From Hormiphora californensis (Eukaryota > Animalia > Ctenophora), in contig CM035351.1 in NCBI GenBank assembly GCA_020137815.1, forward strand, positions 3,720,001 through 3,784,000: a stretch of 64,000 nucleotides of DNA. Direction: 5' to 3'. Shown here piece after piece: positions 1 to 13,600 of the stretch. Each line of letters begins with the position of its first letter. The first letter of the stretch is position 1. The translations under genes and the position numbers were made by a program. Below the pieces are notes generated by a model. It worked only from the letters and a program-made list of their open reading frames with translations. It was not told where the DNA came from and made no database searches.

Positions 1-485
1 GCCAGTGTTCCTCATAATAATACACATCCACATGATCATATACCCCTACATATAATATGACTCTCCATCCCTCTCTTTCTCCCTGCCTCTATTTCCCTCT
101 CTATAGATTAATTCCCTGTGATTGTTAGATAGTAGGAGACACAAAGAATATGATCGAGAAAATGATATTGCTTTCTGATAGTCCCCTACACACACGCAGT
201 ACGCACGCATCTACACTATGTTGAACTATCTGATACTAAAGAGACAAATTCAGAGTCCACTGGTCTTACTCAACAATTCCTAGAATTGAAGGATATATCG
301 TTTTCTGTCAATTCTAAGCTAGACACGCTCAGACAATGTCTCCTGTACAGCATAAAAAACTCTCATTTTTCAAGTTGATTACCCTTATTCAACAAATTTT
401 ACCGACAATCATACAGACTATTCTTAGTTCTCACACTGAAGATTGGGAGGGGTGACATTAGCCAACACTGTTAGTTGTGCAGTAG

Positions 486-620
486 ATGGTTTGCAGTTGG
501 GAGCTGCAGTAGTGGATCTTGCGTGTTCCGGAGGATTTTCAGAAAAAAATTACCTATTTTAAATGTCTAACCCAACCCCGGAACACGCGAGATCCACTGC
601 AGCTACCAACTGCAGACCAT
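486..620. mobile_element. Small MITE-like inverted repeat (second copy about 1493-1627)
   Basis: atggtttgcagttgggagctgcagtagtggatcttgcgtgttccgg ... ccggaacacgcgagatccactgcagctaccaactgcagaccat. Confidence 0.6.
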
Positions 621-737
621 ATTCATCCAACGCGAACGGTGCCGCCAGCCCATTTGGATTGGCACAACAAAAGCAAAATGAGTAGTGAGTAGATAGAGTG
701 AAAGACAACCTTAAACAAATCATTCTCCCCTCATTAC

Positions 738-827
738 CTTTTTCTGAGGTCCATCCTTGGTCTCTCCTAGTCCATGATTGTTGTTGTGTGAGCCCCCGTT
801 CACACGGCGACTCTGAACACATCCCAT
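738..827 (-). CDS. First coding exon of a gene continuing left out of the window; N-terminus MGCVQSRRVNGGSHNNNHGLGETKDGPQKK (myristoylation/palmitoylation-type MGC start)
   Basis: Pyrimidine-rich acceptor ...ctctcttctag|ct ATG, 90-nt open frame ending at a donor aag|gtaatg. This frame is not in the ORF track. The rest of the gene was not identified. Confidence 0.55.
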
Positions 828-1744
828 AGCTAGAAGAGAGTTGAAATGGTCAGAGAGGGAGAGATGTAGTGGGAGGAGGGAGGGGGTATAAGAGATGGAT
901 TGATTGACACTTTAGGACTCAGACAAAGAGGGGGACACATATTCATGAGTACTCGAGGCAGAGGCAAGATAATGATTATATATAAATATTACGCCTGAGA
1001 TGGTAAAAGAGTGAGAGATTAGCGAGAGTGAGAGAGATAAGAATGTGTGGACTGGTCCGGGAGTTCGTACTGTTATTTGATCTCGGTGCTGCAATGCTTG
1101 ACAGTGTGAGAGAAGAAGAGAGAGAGGGAGGGAGTTCGTAAATGCTTATCTTCTAACGTTTTTAAGTGTGACGAAACATGGAGTAAGGAGTTCTAAGTGC
1201 AGCAGTGTTATAAGTTTTCATGTATCACTGCTAGCAGTATAATGAAACTTATACACTGCCAGCAGTATACATGAAACTTAACACGCGCAGTGTTATAAGT
1301 TGTACAAGCATGCTACTAAGAATTATTATATCTCAAATTTTACATGTCTCCTGTACAGCATAAAAACTCTCATTTTTCAAGTTGATTACCCTTATTCAAC
1401 AAATTTTACCGACAATCATACAGACTATTCTTAGTTCTCACACTGAAGATTGGGAGGGGTGACATTAGCCAACACTGTTAGTTGTGCAGTAGATGGTTTG
1501 CAGTTGGGAGCTGCAGTAGTGGATCTTGCGTGTTCCGGAGGATTTTCAGAAAAAAATTACCTATTTTAAATGTCTAACCCAACCCCGGAACACGCGAGAT
1601 CCACTGCAGCTACCAACTGCAGACCATATTCATCCAACGCGAACGGTGCCGCCAGCCCATTTGGATTGGCACAACAAAAGCAAAATGAGTAGTGAGTAGA
1701 TAGAGTGAAAGACAACCTTAAACAAATCATTCTCCCCTCATTAC

Positions 1745-1834
1745 CTTTTTCTGAGGTCCATCCTTGGTCTCTCCTAGTCCATGATTGTTGTTGTGTGAGC
1801 CCCCGTTCACACGGCGACTCTGAACACATCCCAT
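1745..1834 (-). CDS. Second identical copy of the MGCVQS exon
   Basis: Same sequence as 738-827, offset 1007 bp. Confidence 0.4.
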
Positions 1835-2718
1835 AGCTAGAAGAGAGTTGAAATGGTCAGAGAGGGAGAGATGTAGTGGGAGGGAGGGAGAGGGGGGTAT
1901 AAGAGATGGTTATTGTTATTTTGCACACTTCTGTGAAACTCAGACAAAAGAGGGGGACACATATTCATCGAGTTCTCGAGCGCAGAGGGCAAGATAATGT
2001 GATAATATTCTCTATCTCTCTATCTCTCTATCTCTCTATCTCTCTATCTCTCTATCTCTCTATCTCTCTATCTCTCTATCTCTCTATCTCTCTATCTCTC
2101 ACTCTATCTCTGCCGAAGTGTGGTAAACAAAAGAATATAGATTGTGGATGCATGAGTGAGATGAATTGCGTATTATGTGTAAAGTAGTTGAGTGAGTGAG
2201 AGACACGCAGAGACAAAGGGTTGTAGAGGTGCTCGTATGGTTGAGAGATAGACGAAGCCCATGGAAAAGAAAGAAAGAGAGATGCCAGCGGAGAGAGAGA
2301 GGAGAGATACAGTAAACCTAAGTGAGGGCCGGAGGAAGACCTAGTCGAGGGGACAGGGAGGAAGGTGAATCGCACACAGAGGGAGTAAGAGGTATAGTAA
2401 GACACACAGAGCGTGTAGAAAGACGCATACAGAGATATGCATAATGAAGCAGAGAGGGTACTGCTGCATGTGACTCAGATAGGAAGAGAGATAGAGATAG
2501 AGAGGGATAGAGAGGTGGGGGAGAGAGAGGTGGTGATGTATGGTATTGGTTGGTAATCGAGGTAAAATGTGTGTACTGTGTGTGATACTGCTGGTAGGAA
2601 AATAGGTGGAACTGCACTGTTATAGCACCAATTAATCGCACCAACTACTGGAGAGCAACCCAGTAATACAGGGTGAGAATAGCAACCCACTTGACAGAGA
2701 GACGGAGAGGGAGAGAGG

Positions 2719-2763
<45 letters not shown>

Positions 2764-3034
2764 GAGAAAGAGAAACATAACAGAAGCAAATATACAACAA
2801 ACGGACACGCAAACTTACACACAATTCTAGAGTGAGTGATAGAGAATGAGAGAGCTGAGAGATCGAGAGAATTCTTTGAAAAAGAGCTGTATGCAAAGTC
2901 ATTAGGAGAGTAACGGTTGATTGCTGCATAACAAGTGATGAACAAAAGAGATCTATATTTACAATAACAATTATCAACAAACTTACAAACAAATTAATAT
3001 TAAAAATGAGAAATGTAGAAAAAGTAGAAATTAC

Positions 3035-4063
3035 TCAAAAGTATCTTCGCTTTAGTATTTTCTTGACAACAAATTCTTTCAAATCTGAGATCGCCTCCAG
3101 CTCAATTTTGACAGCTTTTCTCTCCATTTCTTCCACCTCCCGCCTGTATGAAGGTGCTTCTTCAATATAGGGGTGGTTTAGTAGTGATCGACACAAGTTA
3201 CCGTCTCGGTCGGTAAACGATTTAACCTGTTCACCCTCTACGCCCTGCACATCGGAAGAATGAAGGCCGAGCCAGCGAATATTACACCGGTGTTCAACCC
3301 CTTCCCGGCCCATCCGGGTGCTCCCGAATTTGTAGGTGAGTAGAATTTGGAGACCATGGGGGTTATAGTCAAAGAGGCCCAGAACGGGGAGGGAGAACTG
3401 TTTTTCAAGTCTACTGGCAACCTCCCTGACAGCCAAACAGGGATAACCCCTTCCTGTTATCATGATTACAGGAACACTGTTCCATAGAACATTCTCACAG
3501 AGTGTCCTGAAAACTGCATCCTTCTCAACAATCAGGATATAACGAGCACCAAGGGACCTGAATTCTAGGGATAATGTATCCCCAGGCAGAGAGAATCCAT
3601 CCTTTCCCAGAGATAGACAATCTATTGTCTCTGTGCTTTGTGTAATTACAATTGCCCCGGCAATGCTTCCTTTAGGTGCGGCTGTGATTCCCAGAGACCG
3701 CCGGGGCACATCCAGCATCCGGAGGACATCTTCAAAGCAACCATTGAATTCTGCCTGGTTCGAAAAGAAACCGGTCAGGGTATAGTAAGCGTCTCTTTGT
3801 GTAACTTTACCCCCGTTCTTGACCAACTTGTACACATATGCAAGGATCTTGGTAACCTTAGAAAAGCGAGTACAATTTCCACCACGGCGTCCAAACATTT
3901 CAACCTCAGAGCGGTCGGGACCAATAGAAATTCCTTCAGATGTCACAGAGACGTTAGATTTGGCGAGGGAAACCATCGTATATCGTGGAGAGCGATTTTC
4001 GGAGAGATCTCGTATCATTTCAAGTACTATGTCCTCGATTTTGCGCAGGATTACATCAGACAT
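3035..4063 (-). CDS. SPO11: Meiotic SPO11 / topoisomerase VI A-family protein, intronless, 342 aa, SPO11-2-like motifs
   Basis: WHD catalytic motif TQRDAYY; RRSLGI..A.KG.IAG; Toprim YILIVEKDAVF; ITGRGYP; DYNPHG; IRWLGL; KIELEAI. Confidence 0.95.
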   Translation of the reverse strand: MSDVILRKIEDIVLEMIRDLSENRSPRYTMVSLAKSNVSVTSEGISIGPDRSEVEMFGRRGGNCTRFSKVTKILAYVYKLVKNGGKVTQRDAYYTLTGFFSNQAEFNGCFEDVLRMLDVPRRSLGITAAPKGSIAGAIVITQSTETIDCLSLGKDGFSLPGDTLSLEFRSLGARYILIVEKDAVFRTLCENVLWNSVPVIMITGRGYPCLAVREVASRLEKQFSLPVLGLFDYNPHGLQILLTYKFGSTRMGREGVEHRCNIRWLGLHSSDVQGVEGEQVKSFTDRDGNLCRSLLNHPYIEEAPSYRREVEEMERKAVKIELEAISDLKEFVVKKILKRRYF

Positions 4064-5477
4064 TCAGAAAAGCAGGGAGAGAAAGAGAGTAGAAGTATAG
4101 TAAGGTAAAGAGGGGGTGGGGATAGTTGTCAGAAGGGGAGAATTCGACTGTTATTAAAGAAGAGAAAGACTCTGGATAACCAAAAATGGCATGAATAATA
4201 CACTATTTTCTCTCGACAAAACCATCCAGATAATTTTGCACAAAAATTACAAATAAACATTTTTACATTGAAATTTTTACGAAAAAAAAACTGCGTTTGG
4301 CTGAGCAAATAGTCTGAGAGGGGAATGAATGAAAGGCCACACAATCAGGACAAAAAGTTGTTCACCCCGCTACGATGTGGCAACATGATCAGGACAAAGA
4401 GCTGTTCACATCGCTACGATTTAGCATGACGAGGACTAAACACAAAGTTTCTTGGGTCATCACCGGACTCACGTCGAGGTTTTTGTGAACCTGTGAAAAG
4501 GACATTATGAGAGGATTATTATGCATGAATAAAAAATATCTAGGATAACAAACAGTATGACATGCACATAACATGGCAGTGTTGTATGCTTGCATAGGGA
4601 GGCTATAAGGGGCAGAGACATAAAGAGAAGGGCAGTGGGAGAGACAAAGGGAGAGTGAGAGAAAGATGGATAGAGGGAGAGAGGGAGGGGGAGAGAGATT
4701 CTCTCTCAGAGAGAGATAGACAAGTTAATCACGCTGTGTCCTACAAGATCTAAGCAATTAGACTCTTAGTGTATGAACTCTTGGCCCAGACTCCCTACCC
4801 AATGACATTGCAATTCTTGTAAAGGGACAGGATATAGGCACATCTCATCTCCGAGAAATGTGCACACTCGGTGTACTAAAATTGCTGTCAAGCAGAACTT
4901 GATGTAGTTGCGGGTGGTCTTCTAAAAAGATGGCCAGTTTAAATTTTCTCCTACAAAGTTAAGCAACTTGCACTAGGTATGGAAAGAAACAGTAGTTGTA
5001 TTTAATTCTATAAGATGTGCTCAGAGACCAGAGTGTGCTATAAAACGCGACAGAAATGTGTGTACATGTATCTCCATTTACAACAAGTTTACCAATGAAA
5101 AATGCCACTTCCCGGGAGCTAGGGGAAATGGATATTTCTGGCACATTTGACAGGTTTTTGATATGTATAAGCCAATAAGGTCTGTCATATTCCTGCCTAA
5201 TCAAGTTTTTCCTCTCGCAAGGGCATACTAAACTCACTTATATAACACACCTAGCGGCGTGTCGACAGCCCATATCTGGTCTATTGTTACTTTTTATTAA
5301 AATTTATGCGAGAGGTCGCCAGGTCGGATAAAACAGCAGTGAAAGCCGAAAACAACGAAAAAAAGAATCACATGAAAGACGAAAGTTTATGACCGGGAGA
5401 CAAAGAGTGAGAATACAGCAACTCCTGAGCCACATGTAGTAAATAGAAAAGTGTTACACACGCACATAACAATAAAC

Positions 5478-8376
5478 CTAGCTCCGATGTGGACCTGCTG
5501 AGTGACGTCTCCCAGCAGCTGACCCGGGTGTTCCAGCCGGTCTACTCGGCTGCAGGGATGGCTTCCTGCCCTGTGAAAATGAACTCCTCCTCAGTTTAGA
5601 ATCTGATGTACCTCCCCCGATCATGCGGACAACTGATGCCTTGGCCGTCTCTGCTCTTGCCTGGAGAGAGAGAGAGAGGTGTTAGTCTGTGTGTAACTTG
5701 CAATGTGTGCATGAATAAATTATTTATTAGACTGCTCAGCGGATGACATAATGAAACATTGACATCAACACTCTGTGTTTTCAGAACTTTTATACTATGC
5801 ATGATCTGGCATATTTTTTACAATTTACACTTCATGACGCATGTAACATCTACGACCTACGTATAAAGATTCTTTCTCCATCTCTCACTCCATCCCTCTC
5901 TCTCTCTATCTGTCTCTCTCTCCCTTACGTCATGTTTCACGTTGGTAAGGTAGGTAGTATCAACGTTCTCCAGGACCTCCTTCCGTTTCCCGTAATCCAC
6001 AATCTTGCCAAGAGTGTCCCGTCTAGCATCGTCCCATTGAGCCTCCTTCAGAGCCTTAGCCTGCTCTTTCTCAACCATCTTGCCCTCAGCTTTCCGGGCT
6101 GCCGTTTCCTGATGGGGGGGATTTATTACAATACACGCTCTTTATAAGGTGCATTTTAATCTATGATTGCAGCACGATGGGTTTACCTAGATAAATATTC
6201 ATTAATTTAGTGATGGCCTAGTATATAATGGATCGACTTATTACACAATCAGAATGTATAGGCCATAAAAAAATGCATTAATTTCCGCACCAGGCCCGGG
6301 TCTGCTATTTTAAGGGACTGCTGTGTAACCGACCACCTTACGAAACATAATGTATAACATAACGTATTATAATGGTCCCAGATTTTAGAAACAGAAAATG
6401 TACAAACAGGCCCTGAAATAGAAAATACACCAGCACCTGGGAAGTGACACAAATAATGCATCACAGCTGCTCTACTGTGTTATATCTTGTAGTCAGTCGG
6501 CTGCACGCTGCTATTTATTGGAACATACACAGGAGGCTGTCGAGAGAGCGGGAGATGGAGGGGGGTAGATAGAGAGGGAGAGAGAAAGGGAGGAAGATAG
6601 AGAGGGAAAAAGAGATGGAGGGAGGGGGAGAGAAAGTGACAAGTTGACAGTTACAGGTTGATTATCAGATATTTAGGAACACTTACATAGATAACTCATA
6701 AGTCATACCTGATACCAGCACAAATAATAAATTATTATTAATAATAATATCGACCTTCTTACTTAATACTTCTATTCCTCTCTACTATTCGACTCTATTT
6801 ATTCCTTCAACTTTCTTTCTCACTAAGTCATCTGGGCTCCAGCTTAATTTCTACTATGAATAAGAATATATCCAACTGCATTTTTCTCATTGCATCCACA
6901 ACGACATGCATAAATAGTCGCTTTATTATGATCTTACGAAAAATTCAGACATATTACAAGTAAAGCACTTTTTGTATAAGATTTCATAACGTGAGAGTTA
7001 TACAAAATATCAAGATGAAGAAGATTACTTGTTTGTAAGTGCAATTTCCCAAAACTTACAATGGCAAGGTTTAGTTTTCCGAAATTCTGTGCAATGTTAG
7101 AATCTGATCCAGCCTTGGCATTTCTCTCCTTGGTAACCAAACTCTTGAGGAGCTCATTCTGTACAACGGACTTCTTCTTGGCGTACTGGACAGTGTCTGA
7201 TATCTTGGATTGGAAAGATTTGTTTGTTTTCTTGAGCGTTCTACCAATCTTCCCGGCTCCCTTGACAATTCCAGCAGTTTCCAGCAATCGCTCCTCTTCG
7301 GGCATCTGTAAGATGAAAAACATTTAAAAATATTTGAATGGGGAGAAAAAAAGAGAGAGAAAATAAAATGAAATGAAAGAAAATGAAGCTATAAACCAGA
7401 TAACTATGCAGCTCAAATCACCATCATACGGGAGGGTGTATGTGGTTTATTGGTTTACCTCTGCGGAGTTAAAAATAGCTTTCATTTTAGCGTTAACAGC
7501 CACCAGCCGTCCACCCGACACACTGATCTCAGAGTCACAATCTTCAAAGTCTCGGCTAGAAATCTGCCTAAGTAGCTCTTCCGTGCTTCCGTTAGCCTAC
7601 ACCAGAGAGGGAGAATGTGGTAGATAGTACAAAGACAATTTAATAGGGGAGACGAATAGAATGGGATGCGATAATACAGGAAATGTGATACAAAGTCCTT
7701 TAGTTTGTACATGTACTATGTAGTGCATTATAATTGTAGTGCAATGAACCTACTCTGGCGTATGAGGTGGTGAGTTGTTCGTGAATAGGTGCAAGTTGAG
7801 TAAGAATACGCATTGTTGCCTGTTGTGAGTGAGCGTCGTGACACTGTGAGATTCGCCGTACCTGCCAAGAGATAGGAAACCGTTAATACTCAGATTTAGG
7901 AAAGGGACCCTCAGCTTCTAAACCTTTTCTTCATCCTCTCGCTGGTCAGCAGCGAACCGTTGAATTCCCCTCAGAGCATTTCCCAAAGCAGATCGAGACT
8001 GCTCGATAACCTCCGTATCCCTCCGTATCTTTTCCGACTTGAGAATCTCGTTCATCTGGTTTAAACTCCCCACCAACTCATTCCTGTGTTGAACCTGAGT
8101 AGGGTCCCTCATTCCGAGAACAACTTCTTGGTCTCTTTTATTGAGCGGACTCTCGGCAATGTGCCTCACGAGCTGCTTCGTTGCTTTGTGCACTGTGATG
8201 AGCATATCTTTGTTTGTATCCCTGTCAAATCGACGAGCAGGAAATGGCTTGATTTCAACTACATTCTCCTCTAGTTCAATGCCATCCAGGTCACATGACG
8301 GGCGAGGCGGATATGATAGTCCGATGATCGAATATATCTCTTCCAATCTCCGGTCGAAATCTGTCTTGATTTTCAT
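5478..8376 (-). CDS. Multi-exon gene, uncharacterised helical/coiled-coil protein (exons about 8376-7924, 7860-7751, 7600-7458, 7305-7060, 6110-5950, 5660-5478)
   Basis: Successive open exons with GT-AG boundaries (MKIKTDFDRRLEE..., VRRISQCHDAH..., MPEEERLLET..., ARAETAKASVV...PHRS*). Internal exon limits are approximate and no family was recognised. Confidence 0.7.
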
Positions 8377-8529
8377 GGTCCTTACTAAAGTTGATTACAT
8401 GAGATGAAATCAGCAAAACAATAAATATGTTCACTTTATTACGAAAGATAAAGAAAAAGATGGTAAATAAACACTTATTCAATTAACAAAACGTAAGTTA
8501 CATTTTCTAATTGGGCAAGGACTAATTAC

Positions 8530-9107
8530 GGGAGAGCTCTATGGCGGCGCATTACCGCAAAACCAAAACATTTAAAAAATATATAAAACGTGTTACAAAA
8601 TATAAAATAATACTAATAAAATACATGAAAAAAGAAAAGAAACATGGTTTTTTTTAAAATATCTTTTTTGAAAACATATGTTTTAAAAAAAATTTGAAAA
8701 CAATTTTCGAAAATTTTGATTTTGCGTGAATGCGCCACGTGGCCGGCTCAATGACGCACGCACTATAAAATCTGGGTACCTTTCATTGCTAACAATTCAT
8801 CAATTTTGACGGTCGAGACAGGTTAGGGCTGTCGTTAGGGTCTGGTTAGGGTTGGTAAAAATATATTTTTCGCCGCAGCACACAACGTGTGTGCGTCATT
8901 GAGCCGGCCACGTGGCGCATTGACGCAAAATCAAAATTTTCGAAAACTGTTTTCATTTTTTTTTAAAAAATATATTTTCAAAAAAGATATTTTAAAAAAA
9001 ACCATGTTTCTTTATTTTTTCATGTATTTTAAAACACGTTTTTTTATTTTTTTAAAATATTTTTTATGTTTTGATTTTGCGGTAATGCGCCGCCATAGAG
9101 CTCTCCC
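8530..9107. mobile_element. MITE with about 230-bp TIRs and telomere-like (TTAGGG) internal spacer
   Basis: gggagagctctatggcggcgcattaccgcaaaa ... ttttgcggtaatgcgccgccatagagctctccc, TA-like flanks. Confidence 0.85.
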
Positions 9108-9828
9108 TATAAACAAAGTGGGTTTTTGCATTTGTGATACATCATTCAGACATAAGTAAATATAGATTAACATTTAACGTTTATTGTTTAATCTGGTTCC
9201 GTAAAAAGATTAAAAAGCCGTCCGGAGGCACATGGTAGAGGGCAGGAGACCCACAGGAGAGGATAAAGACCCGCAGCATGAAACTCACGATTGTCACGCG
9301 TGATCTTCATGTGTGATACTGTGTGAAAAACCAACACATATAATCTCACTCATACCATTGGTAAGGCTCCTGCTACACTGTAGCAGCTACAAGGAAATGT
9401 TAAAGAATTTAACATTTCCCTGTAGCTACTTAAAGAGTTTAAAAAGTTTTTTAAAAAATTAAAAACTCTGAGCGAAACAAGAAAAAAACACGAAACAAGT
9501 TGGAAAATTGATGCGCGTTTTAAAAAAGCTCGATTTTGAACGAATTTTTACGCTGCAATAAATGTAACGCGCGACTAATTATGATTTTAGCGCTGCGGTT
9601 TAAAAGTAAAGTTATTAAGAATAAGGAACCATAATAAAGTTCAAGAGAGCACCCCATCCAAGAGCGTACCACCTCCAAAAGACACCACTCCCAGAGCGCA
9701 CCACATCAAAGAGAGCTCCCCATCCAGAAGATACCGCGCGCAGGGGACACCACGCGCAGAAGAGACCGCACGCGCAAATACAACGCCGCGCTGGTCTCCT
9801 CTGCGCGTGGTGTCCCCTGCGCGGGGTA

Positions 9829-10061
9829 TAGTCGAATTTTTTATTTAAGCGACAGGCCGCCGCGCACTCAATTGGTTAATTGGTCATATCTCCGGTTCCT
9901 GATAAGATAAAGACTTGATCCAAGTTGCGTTGGAAAGATAAAATTTTTATCTTTCCAATGGCACCAAGAAAAACTCGCTAGCTTATCAGGAACCGGAAAT
10001 CGATTTCAAGCGCTGCATTTTGATGCGCGGCGGCCTGTCGCTTAAATAAAAAATTGGACTT
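9829..10061. mobile_element. Tc1/mariner-type MITE with TA TSD, nested in the palindromic MITE
   Basis: TIR tagtcgaattttttatttaagcgacaggccgccgcgca / tgcgcggcggcctgtcgcttaaataaaaaattggactt. Removing it restores host ggta-tcttctggatgg, as in the 18605 copy. Confidence 0.8.
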
Positions 10062-10525
10062 TATCTTCTGGATGGGGAGCTCTCTTTGATGGGCGGCGTT
10101 AAAATCTGGGTGTTTGCGCGAAATGACGTCATATGGACCCCTGCTAGCACGCGCGCGACTAGCAAGCCTGATCTGAGCTCAAGGCAGTCCGCGCGTTACG
10201 TCAAGTCAACAAAATGTAACTTAGTGTACCAAATCACCAAATCAGTAGATATTTTATGTTCTTCAACACACATTTCCTTTCTACTTCTCCTTCTGACGGA
10301 GGGAGGGAAAGGGAAAAAGGGCGGGAAAGGCGAGAGCGAGAGAGAGAGAGAAGGCTAGAGAGGAGAGAGAGAGGAAGAGATGAGAGAGAGAGAGCTAGCG
10401 AAGAGAGAGAGAGAGCGAGAGCGAGAGAGAGAAGATCGAGCGCAGGCGGAGAGCCTGTATCGCGAGAGTAGAACAAGCGAGGTATCGATATCTATATCGA
10501 TCGCGTACTTGCTCTAATCTACTCT

Positions 10526-10578
<53 letters not shown>

Positions 10579-10695
10579 TTCTCTGCTCTCTCTTTCTCTC
10601 TCTCTCTCTCTTTTCTCTCTCTCACTCTCTCTTTCTCTTTCTCTCACACTCATTCCGCCTACTTTATCATCTCTCTCTCTCTCTCTCAGAAGACT

Positions 10696-13600
10696 TCATG
10701 AGACACATCATGAGACAATACGAGACACCTCACAAGACATCATGACACCTCATGAGCCATCACGATGTCTCACAGTGTCTCATAATGTCTCATGATGTCT
10801 CATGATGTCTCATAGTGTCTCATTAGGTCTCATGATGTCTCACGGTGTCTCATAATGTCTCATGATGTCTCATATTGTCTCATGATGTCTCATGGTGTCT
10901 CATGATGTCTCATAGTGTCTCATTAGGTCTCATGATGTCTCATAATGTCTCATAATGTCTTATGATGTCTCATATTGTCTCATGATGTCTCATGGTGTCT
11001 CATGATGTCTCATAATGTCTCATATTGTCTCACTATGTCACATGATGTCTCAAGACGTCTCATATGATGTCTCATAGTGTCTCATAATGTCTCATAATGT
11101 CTCATGATGTCTCACAATATCTCATGATGTCTCATAATGTCTCAGAGTGTCTCATGATGTCTCATAGTATCTCATTATGTCTCATGGTGTCTCATGATGT
11201 CTCATAATGTCTCATGATGTCTCAAGAGGTCTCATATTGTCTCATGATGTCTCATGATGTCTTACGACGTCTCATATGATGTCTCATAGTGTCTCATATT
11301 GTATCATGATGTCTCATGATGTCTCATGATGTCTCAAAATGTCTCAAGATGTCTTATGATGTCTCAAAATGTCTCATAGTGTCTCATTATGTCTCTTGAT
11401 GTCTCATAGTGTCTCATGATGTCTCAAAATGTCTCATGATGTCTCAAGAGGTCTCATATTGTTTCATGATGTCTCATGATGTCTCAAGACGTCTCATATG
11501 ATGTCTCATAGTGTCTCATTATGTCTCATGGTGTCTCATGATGTCTCATAATGTCTCATGATGTCTCCAGAGGTCTCATATTGTCTCATGATGTCTCAAG
11601 AGGTCTCATGTGATGTCTCAAGAGGTCTCATGTGATGTCTCATAGTGTCTCATAATGTTTCATGATGTCTCATGATGTCTCATGATGTCTCATGATGTCT
11701 CATAATGTCTCATGATGTCTCATAATGTCTCAAGATGTCTCATAATGTCTCATAATGTCTCAAGATGTCTCATAATGTCTCATGATGTCTCAATAGGTCT
11801 CTTGAGACATCATGAGACATTATGAGACACTATGAGACATCACATGAGACATCATGAGACATCATGAGACAATATGAGACCTCTTGAGACATCATGAGAC
11901 ATTATGAGACATCATGAGACACCATGAGACATAATGAGACACTATGATACATCATGAGACATCATGAGACATCATGAGACATCATGAGACATCATGAGAC
12001 ACTATGAGACATCATGAGACACTCTGAGATATCATGAGACATTATGAGACATTATGAGACATCATGAGACATCATAGGACATCATAGGACATCATAGGAC
12101 GTCATAGGACATCATAGGACATCATAGGACATCATAGGACATCATAGGACATCATAGGACATCATAGGACATCATAGGACATCATAGGACATCATAGGAC
12201 ATCATAGGACATCATAGGACATCATAGGACATCATAGGACATCATAGGACATCATAGGACATTATAGGACATCATAGGACATCATAGGACATCATAGGAC
12301 ATCATAGGACATCATAGGACATCATAGGACATCATAGGACATCATAGGACATCATAGGACATCATAGGACATCATAGGACATCATAGGACATCATAGGAC
12401 ATCATAGGACATCATAGGACATCATAGGACATCATAGGACACCATGACAGACCATGACAGACCATGACAGACCATGACAGACCATGACAGACCATGACAG
12501 ACCATGACAGACCATGACAGACCATGACAGACCATGACAGACCATGACAGACCATGACAGACCATGACAGACCATGACAGACCATGACAGACCATGACAG
12601 ACCATAGTCATAGTCATAGTCATAGTCATAGTCATAGTCATAGTCATAGTCATAGTCATAGTCATAGTCATAGTCATAGTCATAGTCATAGTCATAGTCA
12701 TAGTCATAGTCATAGTCATAGTCATAGTCATAGTCATAGTCATAGTCATAGTCATAGTCATAGTCATAGTCATAGTCATAGTCATAGTCATAGTCATAGT
12801 CATAGTCATAGTCATAGTCATAGTCATAGTCATAGTCATAGTCATAGTCATAGTCATAGGCAATAGGCATTGTCATTGTCATATGCATTGTCATAGTCAT
12901 TGTCATATGCATTGTCATAGTCATAGTCATAGTTATAGTTATAGTCATAGTCATAGTCATAGTCATAGTCATAGTCATAGTCATAGTCATAGTCATAGTC
13001 ATAGTCATAGTCATAGTCATAGTCATAGTCATAGTCATAGTCATATGACAGACCATGACAGACCATGACAGACCATGACAGACCATGACAGACCATGACA
13101 GACCATGACAGACCATGACAGACCATGACAGACCATGACAGACCATGACAGACCATGACAGACCATGACAGACCATGACAGACCATGACAGACCATGACA
13201 GACCATGACAGACCATGACAGACCATGACAGACCATGACAGACCATGACAGACCATGACAGACCATGACAGACCATGACAGACCATGACAGACCATGACA
13301 GACCATGACAGACCATGACAGACCATGACAGACCATGACAGACCATAGTCATAGTCATAGTCATAGTCATAGTCATAGTCATAGTCATAGTCATAGTCAT
13401 AGTCATAGTCATAGTCATAGTCATAGTCATAGTCATAGTCATAGTCATAGTCATAGTCATAGTCATAGTCATAGTCATAGTCATAGTCATAGTCATAGTC
13501 ATAGTCATAGTCATAGTCATAGTCATAGTCATAGTCATAGTCATAGTCATAGTCATAGTCATAGTCATAGGCAATAGGCATTGTCATTGTCATATGCATT

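Larger units (their letters stand above)
337..2010. repeat. Direct duplication, about 337-1000 vs about 1345-2010
   Basis: About 560 bp near-identical at 1007-bp offset, continuing as indel-rich similarity. Possibly an assembly artefact. Confidence 0.85.
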
